Shown here: in pieces, positions 9,586 to 18,650 of the stretch
Layout of the letters: every line of letters begins with the position of its first letter
How positions within the stretch are numbered: position 1 is the stretch's first letter
DNA from: an uncultured Dehalococcoidia bacterium
GTDB lineage: Bacteria; Chloroflexota; Dehalococcoidia; UBA2247; RBG-13-53-26
NCBI GenBank assembly: GCA_964492335.1
Contig: CAZBJX010000011.1
Span: 878 to 64,877 of the forward strand
Reading direction: 5' to 3'
DNA length: 64,000 nt
Translations under genes and position numbers: made by a program
The notes under the pieces: model-generated
Seen by the model: the letters and a program-made list of their open reading frames with translations, nothing else
Told to the model about the DNA's origin: nothing
Database searches by the model: none

Positions 9586-10823
9586 CGCCTCACCCCGGGC
9601 CACCGGCCGCCCGCCCCTGCCCCCGGTCCGGCGGCCCCTCCCGCCTGCCGGCGCACTACCATCCTCAGAGGGATATTGAGGGCCATGGCTATGACCGGAA
9701 GAGGATCGCGTATGGACATGTCCTCATACTTAGTCGCCCCGAAGTCCAGAAAAGCCTTGATGGTGTCCAGCCTGCTGCCGCCCTGGCGCAGGTAAGCCGG
9801 CAGGGCCCGGGCGTCACTCCACAGGCACCGGGTCCTGACCCCCACTTTGTAGTCAGGCACCGGGCCGACATCGCCGTCCAGCGCCAGGCGGTACAGGAGA
9901 TAGGGGACCTCCACCCCGGAAGCAACGGCCTGATAGAGAGACCCCCAGAGCCTGGGGTTCATCTCCAGCAGCCGGGGCGTGTTATCCCGCTCGTCCAGCC
10001 GGAAGTCGGCCATGAGCACGCCGTGCCACTTCATCTCCGCCGCCAGCGCCTCCAGGCACCCCGTCATCTCCGGCTGCAGGACGCTCACCCGCACCACCAT
10101 GAGGCCCCCGCCCGGCGGGAGGTTCCTGATGCTGCGGGCCACCATGCGGGCCCTGGGCTCCCCGTGATGGAAGAGGCCGGCGGCCACGTAGTCGGTCCCG
10201 GGGACGTACTCCTGGACGAACGGCAGGTCGCCGGGGCCGGAGCGGTACCTGGCCACCGTGTCCCGGTAGACCCGCACCGCCTCCTCCCGGCCCCCCACCA
10301 GCGACATCCCCTTGCCCCCCTCGGCGGAGCGGACCTTGATCACGGCCGGGTACGACAACCGTGCGGCCAGGGCCTCCGCTTCCTCCAGCGAGTCGGGGAA
10401 ATGGGTCACGGGGACCGGCACGCCGACGCGGCGGGCGAGATCAGCCATCTTCCGCTTGTCATGGGCCATCTCCATGAACTCGTATTGGTGCACCGGGACC
10501 CTGAGGTGCGGGGCCTCGGACCTGATGGTATCGGCAAACCTGGAGATGACCAGGGTTTCTTCATAGGCGGGCATCAGCACCCGGTATTCGGGGTGCCGGT
10601 TGGCGAACTCGCATATGGCGCGGATGAAGCCTTCGGGGTCGGCCTCATAGCCGGGATAGGTGAAACGCTCAGTGCAGTAGCGCGAGGAGGCCGCCGGCTG
10701 GAAGAAGTATCGCGGCAGGCGGTGCTGCTCCCCGCAGGCCACCCGGATGCCGCGGCGGCCGAGGCACCTGGCGGCCACCAGGGCATGCCAGAGCGCGGCC
10801 GACGTCAGAATAACCCCCGACAC
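9582..10823 (-). CDS. ATP-grasp domain ligase (carboxylate-amine ligase-like)
   Basis: ATP-grasp signatures (AVIKVRSAEGGKGMSLV, LLEMNPRLWGS). Start assigned to GTG at 10823 just after the upstream gene TAG (10829-10831); start uncertain. The ORF-track N-terminal 80 aa overlap the upstream gene. Confidence 0.65.
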   Translation of the reverse strand: MSGVILTSAALWHALVAARCLGRRGIRVACGEQHRLPRYFFQPAASSRYCTERFTYPGYEADPEGFIRAICEFANRHPEYRVLMPAYEETLVISRFADTIRSEAPHLRVPVHQYEFMEMAHDKRKMADLARRVGVPVPVTHFPDSLEEAEALAARLSYPAVIKVRSAEGGKGMSLVGGREEAVRVYRDTVARYRSGPGDLPFVQEYVPGTDYVAAGLFHHGEPRARMVARSIRNLPPGGGLMVVRVSVLQPEMTGCLEALAAEMKWHGVLMADFRLDERDNTPRLLEMNPRLWGSLYQAVASGVEVPYLLYRLALDGDVGPVPDYKVGVRTRCLWSDARALPAYLRQGGSRLDTIKAFLDFGATKYEDMSIRDPLPVIAMALNIPLRMVVRRQAGGAAGPGAGAGGRWPGVRR

Positions 10824-10828
10824 TCCGA

Positions 10829-11893
10829 CTAGTCCGCCTTTGCCGCCTCCGATACTTCCTCCAGGGTGACCCGCTCCTTCCGGCGCAGGCTCTCCTGGGC
10901 CGCGTGCAGGACCATGCTGGTCATCATCGCCTGCTCCACGGGGACTGGCACCTCTCCCTCGCCGGCGATGCTCTTGACGAACTCCCCGATCAGCGGCCGG
11001 TAGGCCAGGTTCGGCAGGTTGAAGTAGTTCCCGGACAGCACCCCGGTGCCCAGCCTCCACATCTTCCTGGCGAAGAAGCCGGCGTCATCGAAGGGGGTGG
11101 CGATGCCGCGCGTCTCGGAGAAGACGTCGTTCCTCACATCCAGAAACAGGCTCCCGGCGGTGCCGTGTATGTCCAGGGTGAACCGGGACAGGGCCGTGAC
11201 CCAGGAGATATCCGCCGTGGCCACGCTGCCGTCCGCGAACTCCATGCTTATGACGGCGTAGTTGACGAAGTCCATGCCCCCCCCGGTCAGATCGCCGCCC
11301 GAAGCGTAGACGGCCTGCAGCGGGGCGAAGCCCTTCATCCAGAGGACCATGTCGACAACATGGGGGCCGAAATCATAGAGCGCCCCCCCGGGGTGGTAGA
11401 GCCAGGTGTTGAGGGTCCAATGCGTGGGGAAGTTGGCCAACCCCACCCCGTGAATGGTGACCAGCCGGCCCAGGTACCCGCCCGTGATCCTGGCCCTGGC
11501 CGCGCCCACCGACGGGAAGAACCTCCAGTTCAGCACCACACACAGCTTGATGCCGCTCTCCGCGGCCATCCGGCGGATGCGGGCCGCGTCCGAGAGCGTG
11601 CTGGCCAGGGGCTTCTCCAGCAGCACGTGCCGCCCCTTCCCGGCCACCGTCCGCACGATCTCCAGGTGGGTGGGGGTGGGAGTGCAGACGTCCACCATGG
11701 CAATGTCCTCGTCCTGCAGCATCTCCTCGCAACTGGAGCAGCAGCGGGGTATGCCGAACTCCCTGGCGACGCTCGCGGCCAGCTCCTGGTCCCGGTCGGC
11801 AATGGCCGCCACCTCCACGCCGGGAATGGCCCGGTAGGCCGGCAGGTGCCCCCTGCGGGCAACGGCCCCGGCGCCGACGATGCCCACCTTCAC
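10829..11893 (-). CDS. Gfo/Idh/MocA family NAD(P)-dependent oxidoreductase (UDP-sugar dehydrogenase, WbpB-like)
   Basis: Rossmann motif MKVGIVGAGAVARRGHLPAY, EKPLA motif. GTG start overlaps the DUF362 stop (GTGA). Confidence 0.85.
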   Translation of the reverse strand: MKVGIVGAGAVARRGHLPAYRAIPGVEVAAIADRDQELAASVAREFGIPRCCSSCEEMLQDEDIAMVDVCTPTPTHLEIVRTVAGKGRHVLLEKPLASTLSDAARIRRMAAESGIKLCVVLNWRFFPSVGAARARITGGYLGRLVTIHGVGLANFPTHWTLNTWLYHPGGALYDFGPHVVDMVLWMKGFAPLQAVYASGGDLTGGGMDFVNYAVISMEFADGSVATADISWVTALSRFTLDIHGTAGSLFLDVRNDVFSETRGIATPFDDAGFFARKMWRLGTGVLSGNYFNLPNLAYRPLIGEFVKSIAGEGEVPVPVEQAMMTSMVLHAAQESLRRKERVTLEEVSEAAKAD

Positions 11894-12801
11894 GGCACGC
11901 TCCCTCCCCCGGCCCGGAACCTCTGCTGGCTCTTGCGCTGCAGGAAGCTGGCCATCCTCAACAGGCGCATCTGGGACCAGCTGGTCTCGAAGTCCACCCG
12001 GTCTATCCTGTCACCGGCCAGCACGTACCTCATGGACCCCACCCCCGACGAAGCACTCTTGCGGATATGGCCCACTGACCGGGGGCGCAGGCCCATCAGC
12101 CGGGCGCCGTAGGCGTCGGCGGCCACCGGGTCCCGGCTGCAGAAGATGGCATTCTGCGGTATGGGCACCCCGAAGGCCGGCCCCCAGATGCCGCCCATCA
12201 CCGTTATGGCGTCCACCACGCAAAGGTCAGGGCGCATGGCCAGGTTCACGTCGGCGATGACGTCATCCAGGCAGGGGTGATAGGCGCCCTTCTCCACCTC
12301 GGGCAGGCAGCCGAACTGGTTCTTCAGGCAGCAGGTCATGGTGGAGATGGGGTTGGTCTTCAGCCTGGGGGTGGTGATGAAGTACCGTGGCTGGTCCAGG
12401 ATATCCGGCACCGGGACCTCCTTGAAGTACCGGCCGTTGATCTTCCGCATCAACGCCTTTGTCCGGCTGAGGTTGACGAACTCGGCGTTCCACTTCTCCA
12501 GGACGGGGACGTAGCCGAACCAGCGGATGAACCGGTCGGCCAGGACCACGGTGGCATCGCTCTCCACCACGCAGATCCGGAGGCCCTGGCAGCTCTCCCG
12601 CAGGTGCTGCAGCAGGGCATCCAGGAACACCGGGTGGGTGATAGTGGCCGTCTCAGCGGTCCGCGCATCGCACACGTTGATCTTGATGACCACCGGGAGA
12701 CGGTTGTCCAGGGGGGGCAACTGCAGGCGGGCCAGGGCCCGGCCGATGCCGCCGCGGGCATCCTGGTACCCCGATCGGGCCACGGCCACCAGGCTGTTCA
12801 T
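11890..12801 (-). CDS. DUF362 domain protein (uncharacterised enzyme, COG2006-like)
   Basis: Internal ATG at 12801 (MNSLVAVARSG...) overlapping the upstream stop (ATGA). The ORF-track upstream 79 aa is out of gene. Confidence 0.55.
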   Translation of the reverse strand: MNSLVAVARSGYQDARGGIGRALARLQLPPLDNRLPVVIKINVCDARTAETATITHPVFLDALLQHLRESCQGLRICVVESDATVVLADRFIRWFGYVPVLEKWNAEFVNLSRTKALMRKINGRYFKEVPVPDILDQPRYFITTPRLKTNPISTMTCCLKNQFGCLPEVEKGAYHPCLDDVIADVNLAMRPDLCVVDAITVMGGIWGPAFGVPIPQNAIFCSRDPVAADAYGARLMGLRPRSVGHIRKSASSGVGSMRYVLAGDRIDRVDFETSWSQMRLLRMASFLQRKSQQRFRAGGGSVP

Positions 12802-14513
12802 GCCCCCGCCCCCTTCCATCCCTGCTCCTCGAGTATGTAGAGCACCAGGTCCGGGTTGGCGTACACCTTGCTGCAGTTGGTGCTGGCTTCCATGGCGGCC
12901 GTGATCTCGGTGGCGGCCTGGGGCGAGTTGTAGTAGAAGTCCATCACTGCCCGGTCGTGGTCGCTGATGATGACGTAGCGCGGGGCGATGTCGGGGTCGC
13001 CCAGGGTGCCGAACCGCACCAGCTCGCCGTCCCTCCACTCCAGGGCGCCGTAGCCGAGGTCCTTTCCATACCGCTCGTAGTACTTCAGCGAGCCTATGGG
13101 CGCCCCGCCGATAACGTAGCCCCCCTGCGTCTTCTGGTGGAACATCTCCGCCCCGGCGAAGTACCCCGGGGAGAGGTAGTCCATGGACTGGCTCCCATAC
13201 TTGGCCACGAAGGACAGGGGAGCGGCCACCAGCAGGAACAGGCAGAGCGCCACCGCGGTGGCCCGCCCCTGCAGCAGCTTGACCCCGAAGTAGGCTATGA
13301 CGGGGAGCACGAAGACGAAGACCCGCTGGAAAAGCTCATGCAGGTAGCTCCCGCCGACGACCACGGCCGCTATCCCGCACCCGGCCACCACCGCCACCAT
13401 GGTGACGTCATGATGGGCCATCCGCTTGAACCTCCAGGCGGCGAAGGCCCCCGCAGCAGTCAGCAGCACGAACAGGCCCGAGAAGATGACCCTGGCCCCG
13501 GCCACCGCGGAGTGCGCCTCAGACCCCGTCAGCGGATTCAGCACCCCCTTCTGGGCCGCCTCATCCAGCCGGAGGGCCTGGGTCACGAACTGGCTCAGGC
13601 TCCAGTCGAAGTAGACCGCCGCCCCGTAGATGGACCACGCCCCGACGAACAGCACGGCCAGGGCCAGCAGGTTCAGGGACTTCACCCGCCTGGTGATGAA
13701 GAGCGTGCCCGTGACGGCCAGGGCCACGAAGGACCCCAGCAGGTGCGCCACGGCCGAGGCCCCGTAGATGATGATGGCCACCAGCCGCCTGCTGACGGCG
13801 CCGGGGCCCGGCTGCCAGAACCGGGGCATGGTCAGCACCGCCAGCAGGCTGAACAGGAAGAACACGCCGAAGGCCTGGGCGCCGGTATTCTGGGTCTCGA
13901 ACCAGAAGCCCAGGTAGAAGAGCCACATGGCCGCCCAGCAGTGGTTGGGGTTGGCCCGGCCGATGGTGTTGCGGAAGAGCAGGAACACGGGCAGGAACAT
14001 CAGGCACTGCCACAGGAACGGCACCCAGTCTATCAGACGGGCCAGGCCCTCCATGCTGGCCCCCGACATCTTGATCCCCATGGCCCAGAATATCCAGGCG
14101 GTGGGCCAGTTGTGCTGCCACACCGCCTTCTGGCTGAAGCTGCCGGTGCGGGTGATGAATTCGATGTACCCCATGTCGCCGTAGGCATCGGACAGGAACG
14201 GCTGCGCCCCCCCCACTATCAGCGGGGCCAGCCAGATGGAGACCACCAGGAAGGCCAGTTGCAGGAAGAGAAGCTTCCCGTGGTCCTCCCGGGAGACCCA
14301 CAGGACGGCCGAGGCCACAGTGAGGACCCCCAGGGACACGTAGAACGCGGCCGGGAAGCTGGGAAGCAGCCCCCAGAACCCGATCTGCAACCGCGCCTCG
14401 GCCACGCTCCAGGCCCACAGCGCCAGGGCGATGATGGTGAGGGCCATCGAGGCCCGGGCCGGCGCCAGGCCCTGCAGCCGCCACTCCCCGGCCCGGGCGC
14501 CCACGGCGGTCAC
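12798..14513 (-). CDS. large polytopic membrane protein (12 or more TM) with C-terminal soluble domain; candidate GT-C-type glycosyltransferase or glycan polymerase
   Basis: Hydrophobic helices throughout residues 1-420, then a soluble about 150-aa C-terminal domain. GTG at 14513 overlaps the upstream stop (GTGA); an alternative ATG at 14447. No WWDYG (AglB/PglB) motif. Function is inferred from operon context only. Confidence 0.55.
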   Translation of the reverse strand: MTAVGARAGEWRLQGLAPARASMALTIIALALWAWSVAEARLQIGFWGLLPSFPAAFYVSLGVLTVASAVLWVSREDHGKLLFLQLAFLVVSIWLAPLIVGGAQPFLSDAYGDMGYIEFITRTGSFSQKAVWQHNWPTAWIFWAMGIKMSGASMEGLARLIDWVPFLWQCLMFLPVFLLFRNTIGRANPNHCWAAMWLFYLGFWFETQNTGAQAFGVFFLFSLLAVLTMPRFWQPGPGAVSRRLVAIIIYGASAVAHLLGSFVALAVTGTLFITRRVKSLNLLALAVLFVGAWSIYGAAVYFDWSLSQFVTQALRLDEAAQKGVLNPLTGSEAHSAVAGARVIFSGLFVLLTAAGAFAAWRFKRMAHHDVTMVAVVAGCGIAAVVVGGSYLHELFQRVFVFVLPVIAYFGVKLLQGRATAVALCLFLLVAAPLSFVAKYGSQSMDYLSPGYFAGAEMFHQKTQGGYVIGGAPIGSLKYYERYGKDLGYGALEWRDGELVRFGTLGDPDIAPRYVIISDHDRAVMDFYYNSPQAATEITAAMEASTNCSKVYANPDLVLYILEEQGWKGAGA

Positions 14514-15406
14514 AGCTCTCCCCGCAGCAGGGAGAAGGTCTCGCGCGCCTGCTCCGCCCTCGAGACGCCGACCGCCACGCCGCTCAGCGACGGCAGCGCG
14601 GCCACGTAGGCCGCCGCCTCGGCCGGCTTCACGTACCCCGCCGCCAGGATGCTGAAGGCAATTACCTCCGCTCCCGGCACCTGGCGCAGGGCCTCCTCGC
14701 ACGCCTCCTTCGAGGGGCACATCTGGAAGCCCGCAGGATTGAAGGAGGCCGCCAGCGCCACGCCGCGGGGGTCGATGCCCCACTCCCGGAACCTCCTCAC
14801 CAGGTACGGCAGGTTGCGGGTCTCGAAGCCGGGCTTGACGCCGCGGCCCGACATGTACTCGATGTGGGCCTCCGCCACCCATTTCATGTCCAGCGCCAGG
14901 GCCATGTCCGTCAGCAGCTCGTGGAGCATGACGGAGGCCAGCACGCACTTCCCCCCGGCGGCAGACCTCACGCGGGAGGTCTCCAGGGAGAGGTAGCTCC
15001 GCAGCAGCGCCGCCGGGTCCCCGAAGAGCGCCCCACGGGCCCCGCTGGCCACGGCCCGCCAGTTGCCAGACGCCAAGATCTGCCGGCCCACCCCCCTGGC
15101 CAGGCCCGGCACTCCGCCGGCCCGCACCGCCATCCTGACGTACTCATAAGCATAGGGCACAATGACATAGAGCCTCAGCCCCTCCGGCTTCCTGTCCCGC
15201 ACCAGCCTCCGCAGTATGCCCAGGGTGGTCTCACTGGCGCTGAACATGAACCCGTCCGCCCCGTGGTCCAGGGCGGCGGCCACCAGGCCGGCCCCGCGCT
15301 CAGGGCTGCCCACGTCGGCCCCCCGGGAAGCAGCCCTGGCCTGCGACAGATGGCTTATCCCGTGGAAGGGGTTGTCGCCCACCAGCAGCAGCCTCTTCCC
15401 GTCCAT
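14510..15406 (-). CDS. hypothetical protein (possibly TIM-barrel enzyme), unknown function
   Basis: ATG at 15406 immediately after the upstream TAG (TAGCATG). No family recognised from sequence alone. Confidence 0.45.
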   Translation of the reverse strand: MDGKRLLLVGDNPFHGISHLSQARAASRGADVGSPERGAGLVAAALDHGADGFMFSASETTLGILRRLVRDRKPEGLRLYVIVPYAYEYVRMAVRAGGVPGLARGVGRQILASGNWRAVASGARGALFGDPAALLRSYLSLETSRVRSAAGGKCVLASVMLHELLTDMALALDMKWVAEAHIEYMSGRGVKPGFETRNLPYLVRRFREWGIDPRGVALAASFNPAGFQMCPSKEACEEALRQVPGAEVIAFSILAAGYVKPAEAAAYVAALPSLSGVAVGVSRAEQARETFSLLRGEL

Positions 15407-15407
15407 G

Positions 15408-16394
15408 CTAGCGCACCCCACCACCCATGCCCTTCATGGCGTCGGTGATCCTCTCCACCTGGCTGGCGGCATCGAAGCCGGGCTCCGCCACCCCGCCCTC
15501 CAGGATGGACTGCACGAAGGCGCAATCCTCGCGGACGTACTCGGAGCCGCCGATGAAGAAGGGCACCGCATCGCCCAGGTCGTGCCGGTGCCAGGTGCTG
15601 ACCCGGCCGGCCAGGGACAACTCCACCCGGTCCTCGTTGACCCTGAGGGCCCCCTTCGGCCCCTGCACCACCACCTCGAACTCCGGCATGCGGTGCTCCG
15701 GCCGGCACCAGGATGTCCTGATCTCCCCCTTCAGGCCGCCGGGGGTGACCACGGAGCACTCCGCCTCGTCTTCCGCCGGGCCACCCAGAAGGGACCTGAC
15801 CTGCGCACCGGTGACATCCATGGGCCCGAACAGCCACAGCGCCAGGTCGACGGCGTGACACCCCAGGTCGTCGATGGCCCCACCCCTGGCCGAGGCCTTC
15901 CCGCCGCCCCTGGCGCCGCAGAAGTCCGAGGACCAGGCGCAGGCCTCAAACGAGGACGGCGGGCCCAGTACGCCCTCTCCAAGCATCTGCTTCGCCTTCG
16001 CGAAGGTGACCGAGAACCGGCGGTTGTAGCCCACCATGCTGACGCCGCCCCAGACCCTGGCCAGCGCGGCGGCCTCCGCCGCCTCCGGGAAGCTGGTGGC
16101 CAGCGGCTTCTCCACGAAGACATGCCGGGCAATGCCCGCCTGGTACACCTGCTTCAGTACGGGGAAATGGGAGCGGGCGGGGGTGGTGATATACACCGCG
16201 TCCAGCCCCAAGCCGGCCAGTTCCTCCACGCCGGCCACCACCCGGACCGCCGGGAGGAACCTGCCGGCAAACCGGCGCACCAGCGGGCTGATCTCGCAGA
16301 AGGCCACCAGTTCGGCCTCCTCCATGGAGCCCAGAATGCTGCCATGCAGCAGCGCCATCTTGCCCAGCCCCACCACACCAACGCGCACCTTCAT
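15408..16394 (-). CDS. Gfo/Idh/MocA family oxidoreductase (second copy)
   Basis: MKVRVGVVGLGKMALLHGS Rossmann motif, EKPLA motif. ATG overlaps the GT2 stop (ATGA). Confidence 0.85.
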   Translation of the reverse strand: MKVRVGVVGLGKMALLHGSILGSMEEAELVAFCEISPLVRRFAGRFLPAVRVVAGVEELAGLGLDAVYITTPARSHFPVLKQVYQAGIARHVFVEKPLATSFPEAAEAAALARVWGGVSMVGYNRRFSVTFAKAKQMLGEGVLGPPSSFEACAWSSDFCGARGGGKASARGGAIDDLGCHAVDLALWLFGPMDVTGAQVRSLLGGPAEDEAECSVVTPGGLKGEIRTSWCRPEHRMPEFEVVVQGPKGALRVNEDRVELSLAGRVSTWHRHDLGDAVPFFIGGSEYVREDCAFVQSILEGGVAEPGFDAASQVERITDAMKGMGGGVR

Positions 16395-17449
16395 CGCCCG
16401 TAGATCCAGACCCCGAAGACGTACCCCGTGGCCATCAGGGAGAGGTTGGCCACGATGGCCGCCGCCTGCGGCAGGCTGGCCGGCCGGTAGAAGCGGACCA
16501 GCCGCCCGCCGATCGACCGGAAGAGCAGCCGGCGCAGAAAGACGCTCTCCGCGGCCAGCGGACGGCTGCCGTACCGCGACACCAGACCCTTCATCAGCGC
16601 CCTAGTGTGCCCCTCGCGCAGGCAGAAGTCAAGCATGTAGGAGGGCTTCGCCCTGCCGGCCACCACCTTGTGGTGGACCACGGCGTCGCGGCGAAAGACG
16701 ATGCGGCCGCCAGGCATGTGCTTCCTGATCCGCAGGCACATCTCCGCCTCTTCGCCGCCGGCGGGGTTGAACTTCTTGCGGCCTCCCTCGCACCTTCCCA
16801 GGCTGGTCTCCCAGAGGCCCGCCTTCTGGAAGACCTCCCGCCGGAAGGCCATATTGCTGCCAGTGACGTTCCGGATGGAGCCATCGGCCTCCACGATGAG
16901 GGCCTTGTGACCGGTGCAGCCGATCACGAAATCGAACTCCACGGGGAACCACAGCGGAGGCCGCCCTCCCGGCCAGGCGGGGACCGCCTCACCGCCTACC
17001 GCCACCACCAGGGGGTCATCGAAGGCCGCCGCCAGGCTGGCCAGCCAGTCCTTCTCCGCCACCGCGTCGTCGTCCAGGAAGGCCACCACTTCGCCGGTGG
17101 ACGCGCCCACGGCCACGTTCCTGGTCTCCGACAGGCCGGGGCGGCCGGTGGAGAGGAGCAGGGTCACCCGGGATCCCAGTATCGCCCCCAGGCGCTGGTA
17201 GAGGGCCTCGTTGTGGTCGATGGCCACTATGACCTGGTGGGGCGCCAGGGTCTGCGCCAGGGCGGATTCCACTGCCTCCAGCGTGTCCTGCAGGCGCTCC
17301 TGGGTATAAGCGCAGATGACCACCGACACGCTGAGGGGACTTGCGTCCTCCCCGCGAGCGGTGGTCCGCCCGGAGGCGCCTGCTGCCGGCTCGGGTCCTG
17401 GCTGTCTGCGCTCGGCTCCGGCTACGCCTCCATCTGCCCCGGGCGCCAC
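16391..17449 (-). CDS. glycosyltransferase family 2
   Basis: GT2 N-terminal signature LSVSVVICAYTQERL, DxD (LDDDAV). There is no in-frame ATG before residue 230 of the ORF, so the start must be GTG (candidates 17449 or 17326-17332); start uncertain. Confidence 0.7.
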   Translation of the reverse strand: MAPGADGGVAGAERRQPGPEPAAGASGRTTARGEDASPLSVSVVICAYTQERLQDTLEAVESALAQTLAPHQVIVAIDHNEALYQRLGAILGSRVTLLLSTGRPGLSETRNVAVGASTGEVVAFLDDDAVAEKDWLASLAAAFDDPLVVAVGGEAVPAWPGGRPPLWFPVEFDFVIGCTGHKALIVEADGSIRNVTGSNMAFRREVFQKAGLWETSLGRCEGGRKKFNPAGGEEAEMCLRIRKHMPGGRIVFRRDAVVHHKVVAGRAKPSYMLDFCLREGHTRALMKGLVSRYGSRPLAAESVFLRRLLFRSIGGRLVRFYRPASLPQAAAIVANLSLMATGYVFGVWIYGR

Positions 17450-18240
17450 GCGCCGAGCCGAGCCATGATCTTCAAATGCTGCCACCCGGCCTTCCAACTG
17501 TGAAGCTTCGTTTCCCCGATACGCGATTCGTACCGCACCGGGATCTCGCGCACCCTGAGCTTCATGCGGCTGGCCTTGATGGCGATCTCCGGCTCTATGG
17601 CGAACCCGCCGGAGGATATCCCCATCCGGCTCAGGCAGCACTTCCTGATGCCGTACAGCCCGGTGGAATAGTCTCCCGCCTGGAAGCGATAAATCCGCCT
17701 CATTATACCCTGAAACACGGCGTTGCCAAGCTGGTTGAAGAGGGGGATGTTGTCCCGGCCGGTCGCCCTGGACCCGTACACCAGGTCGCAGGTCTCCAGG
17801 GCCTCGGTCATGCCCGGGATGGCCTCCGGCGGATAGGTGCCGTCGGCATCGATGAAGATGACGACATCCCCCCGCGCATGCCTGACGCCGGTGAGCATGG
17901 CCTTGCCCTTGCCGCCGTTCCGGGCAAGGCGGACCACGCCGCAGGGGAACCGGCTGGCGACCAGGGACGTGGCATCGGACGACCCGTCATCCACCACCAG
18001 CACCTCGTGCTGCCCATCGATGGCCCGGTACAGCCTCTCCAGGACCACGGGGAGCCCCTCCTCCTCGTTGTAGGCGGGTATTATCACCGTGGCCGCGATC
18101 CGGGGCCCCACCTCGGCCCACTTCAGGACCGTCTCCCCGCACGTGGTTTCGTGGCGGCCGCTCAGGAAGTCCACCGGCAGGACCGGCCGGCCGACCGCGA
18201 GATCATTCAGTTCCAGGCGCTCATCGAGTTCCATGCCCAT
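17422..18240 (-). CDS. GT2 polyprenol-phosphate sugar synthase (dolichol-phosphate mannosyltransferase DPM1-like)
   Basis: ATG at 18240 with AAGGAG RBS 5 nt upstream. Motifs TVIIPAYNEEEGL, VVDDGSSD, DADGTYPPE, and a C-terminal region typical of the DPM1/GtrB family. Confidence 0.8.
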   Translation of the reverse strand: MGMELDERLELNDLAVGRPVLPVDFLSGRHETTCGETVLKWAEVGPRIAATVIIPAYNEEEGLPVVLERLYRAIDGQHEVLVVDDGSSDATSLVASRFPCGVVRLARNGGKGKAMLTGVRHARGDVVIFIDADGTYPPEAIPGMTEALETCDLVYGSRATGRDNIPLFNQLGNAVFQGIMRRIYRFQAGDYSTGLYGIRKCCLSRMGISSGGFAIEPEIAIKASRMKLRVREIPVRYESRIGETKLHSWKAGWQHLKIMARLGAWRPGQMEA

Positions 18241-18360
18241 CTCCGCTCCTTCGCTTGATCGTCCCATCTTCAACTGAGGTCTCCGCGCACTTGAACGCAG
18301 ACGGTTGAGTCCTTTCCCCCTTCGACCACTCCCCCGAAGCCTGCCGGCGCTGTCCACCAC

Positions 18361-18389
18361 AAAAGAAAAACCGACCTCAAGGTCGGTTT
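18361..18389 (-). terminator. rho-independent terminator at the 3-prime end of leader RNA A
   Basis: Minus-strand hairpin AAACCGACC-TTGA-GGTCGGTTT followed by TTTTTCTTTT (plus-strand A-tract 18361-18370). It sits upstream of the GT2 gene on the same strand. Confidence 0.75.
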
Positions 18390-18650
18390 CACTACTGGCT
18401 CCCTGTTCCCCAAGTGACCACTTACGGGCAACAGTTCATCGCCCCCGGGCAGACTCCAGAATGCGCCTACAAGTCAGTCTCCTGTATTATCGCCCCCTCC
18501 GCTTTCCATACCGGCCCGCGCTCACGACCGTGCCGGCGCCACCACAGGAACTCATGGAGTCAACTGCAACCTGCTCCCCGGCCGCGCCCTGTCCCCCGCA
18601 ACCAAGTCCACTTCGCCCCTCTGATCGGACACTTCGGTGACAGCTAACTG
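18361..18650 (-). promoter_or_regulatory. about 290-nt cis-regulatory leader RNA A (candidate riboswitch/attenuator) upstream of the glycan operon
   Basis: Minus-strand promoter TTGACT-N17-TACATC at 18657-18685, no credible ORF, lower GC, terminated by an intrinsic terminator. The 3-prime about 180 nt are homologous to the leader at 36597-36889 (shared TGGTCACTTGGG, GGGAGCCAGTAGTGAAACCGACC, AGGAGACYGAC..TAGGC, TCYGYCCCGGG). Confidence 0.6.

Noticed and set aside
18305-18647. ORFs 18305..18640 and 18414..18647 (plus strand) and 36552..36746 / 36610..36867 (minus strand) inside the leader regions
   Set aside because: They are antisense to the promoter-terminator transcription units, lack start context and have Pro/Arg-rich translations. 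The conserved nucleotide blocks fit an RNA element better than coding sequence.
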